From Candidatus Aegiribacteria sp. (GTDB taxonomy: Bacteria > Fermentibacterota > Fermentibacteria > Fermentibacterales > JCC-6), in contig JAWOBF010000061.1 in the NCBI GenBank assembly GCA_046498225.1, forward strand, positions 1 to 64,000: DNA of 64,000 bases, read 5' to 3'. Position 1 is the first letter of the stretch. Each line of letters opens with the position of its first letter. A model generated the notes under the pieces. It did not search any database. It was given only the letters and a program-made list of their open reading frames with translations, and was not told the DNA's origin. The position numbers and the translations under genes are program-made. Shown one piece after another: positions 63,331-64,000 of this stretch.

Positions 63331-64000
63331 CGAGTATGTAGACCTTCCGTTCCTCCTGGGAGCAGAGGACGGCCATGTTCCCTGACCGTGTGATATCAAT
63401 ACTGACGGGAAGTCCGAAATCCATGGTCCTCAGAAGGGTCTCCCCGTTCTCGGCCACCACCATCAGACCCGAGTTCGCGCAGGAGGCGAAAGCGTGCAGA
63501 CCGTCCGGCATCGATGCCGCGGCTGAAGGGGTCTCCGGAAATGTAATCATCTTGTAGAGCTTGCAGTCGATGGTCCTGATGAACCACAGTTCATTGCTGC
63601 CCCCGGTTATGGCGCACACGTAACCCGAAGGGCCCGGAAACAGGTCAATAACCTCACCGGGGACGGATACCCTTCCCAGTTCCGACCAGCTCCCGGTCTC
63701 CCATCCGGCTATCACTCCCTCGTTCCCCAGGGCGGCAAAGAGGGCTCCGTTGTCACCCGACGCAAGTCCCTGGCAGTTCTCCGCCAGAGGCTCCTTCAGG
63801 ACGGCAGCCTCCATGCTGGCCAGGTTCAGCTGGGCCAGGCTGTCATTCTCCAGGGCAACCCAGGCGAGGTCCCCCGCGGGAGAAACGGCCATGAAGCTTC
63901 CCGGAGCGCTCAGTTTAACAGGCGTTCCCAGACCGGGAGCCGCCAGGTCCACCGGGTATACCCCGGGCCCGGCAAGGACGTAACCGTAGCCGTCCACATC
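63323..64000 (-). CDS. Beta-propeller (YncE/YVTN-like) protein, C-terminal part (5' end outside window)
   Basis: Repeated blade-like units: MAVSPAGDLAWV, AASMPDGLHAFA, IDITRSGNMAV. Confidence 0.6.
   Translation of the reverse strand, partial: DVDGYGYVLAGPGVYPVDLAAPGLGTPVKLSAPGSFMAVSPAGDLAWVALENDSLAQLNLASMEAAVLKEPLAENCQGLASGDNGALFAALGNEGVIAGWETGSWSELGRVSVPGEVIDLFPGPSGYVCAITGGSNELWFIRTIDCKLYKMITFPETPSAAASMPDGLHAFASCANSGLMVVAENGETLLRTMDFGLPVSIDITRSGNMAVLCSQEERKVYILVR

Noticed and set aside
1..64000. CRISPR arrays, cas genes, transposases, prophage or defence genes, rRNA
   Set aside because: None recognised by eye; intergenic gaps are all under about 200 nt, leaving no room for arrays.

Overview
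A GC-rich chromosomal segment from a diderm, LPS-making bacterium. The gene mix suggests an uncultured FCB-superphylum lineage such as Fermentibacterota, but this is inference only. About 55 genes are present, and nearly all of 6.3-58.7 kb is one co-directional minus-strand run with overlapping start/stop junctions. Housekeeping content includes ltaE, ddl, gmhB, comEC, polA, waaF, dapF, tRNA-Gly(CCC), hslUV, xerC, topA, tatA, hpf-hprK-ptsH-ptsI, an NtrB/NtrC-type pair, mutS, an msbA-like exporter and an ECF sigma/anti-sigma/PDZ cluster. No CRISPR array, prophage or IS element was seen. Highlights: (1) a complete gatE-gatD operon, the tRNA-dependent Gln amidotransferase regarded as archaea-specific; (2) several GT-C membrane glycosyltransferases, including a DPY19 (C-mannosyltransferase)-like and a TMEM260/DUF2723-like protein, plus a DPM1-like donor synthase, suggesting a eukaryote-like protein mannosylation system; (3) two MglA GTPases without an adjacent MglB, one coupled to a membrane protein with an L7/L12-CTD-like domain and a Cys8 zinc finger; (4) a tRNA-Gly gene lying in frame inside a same-strand ORF; (5) several conserved genes that appear to need non-canonical start codons (CTG, ATA, ATT); (6) an HtrA-like protein lacking its catalytic Ser. 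All family calls come from motif recognition, not database searches.
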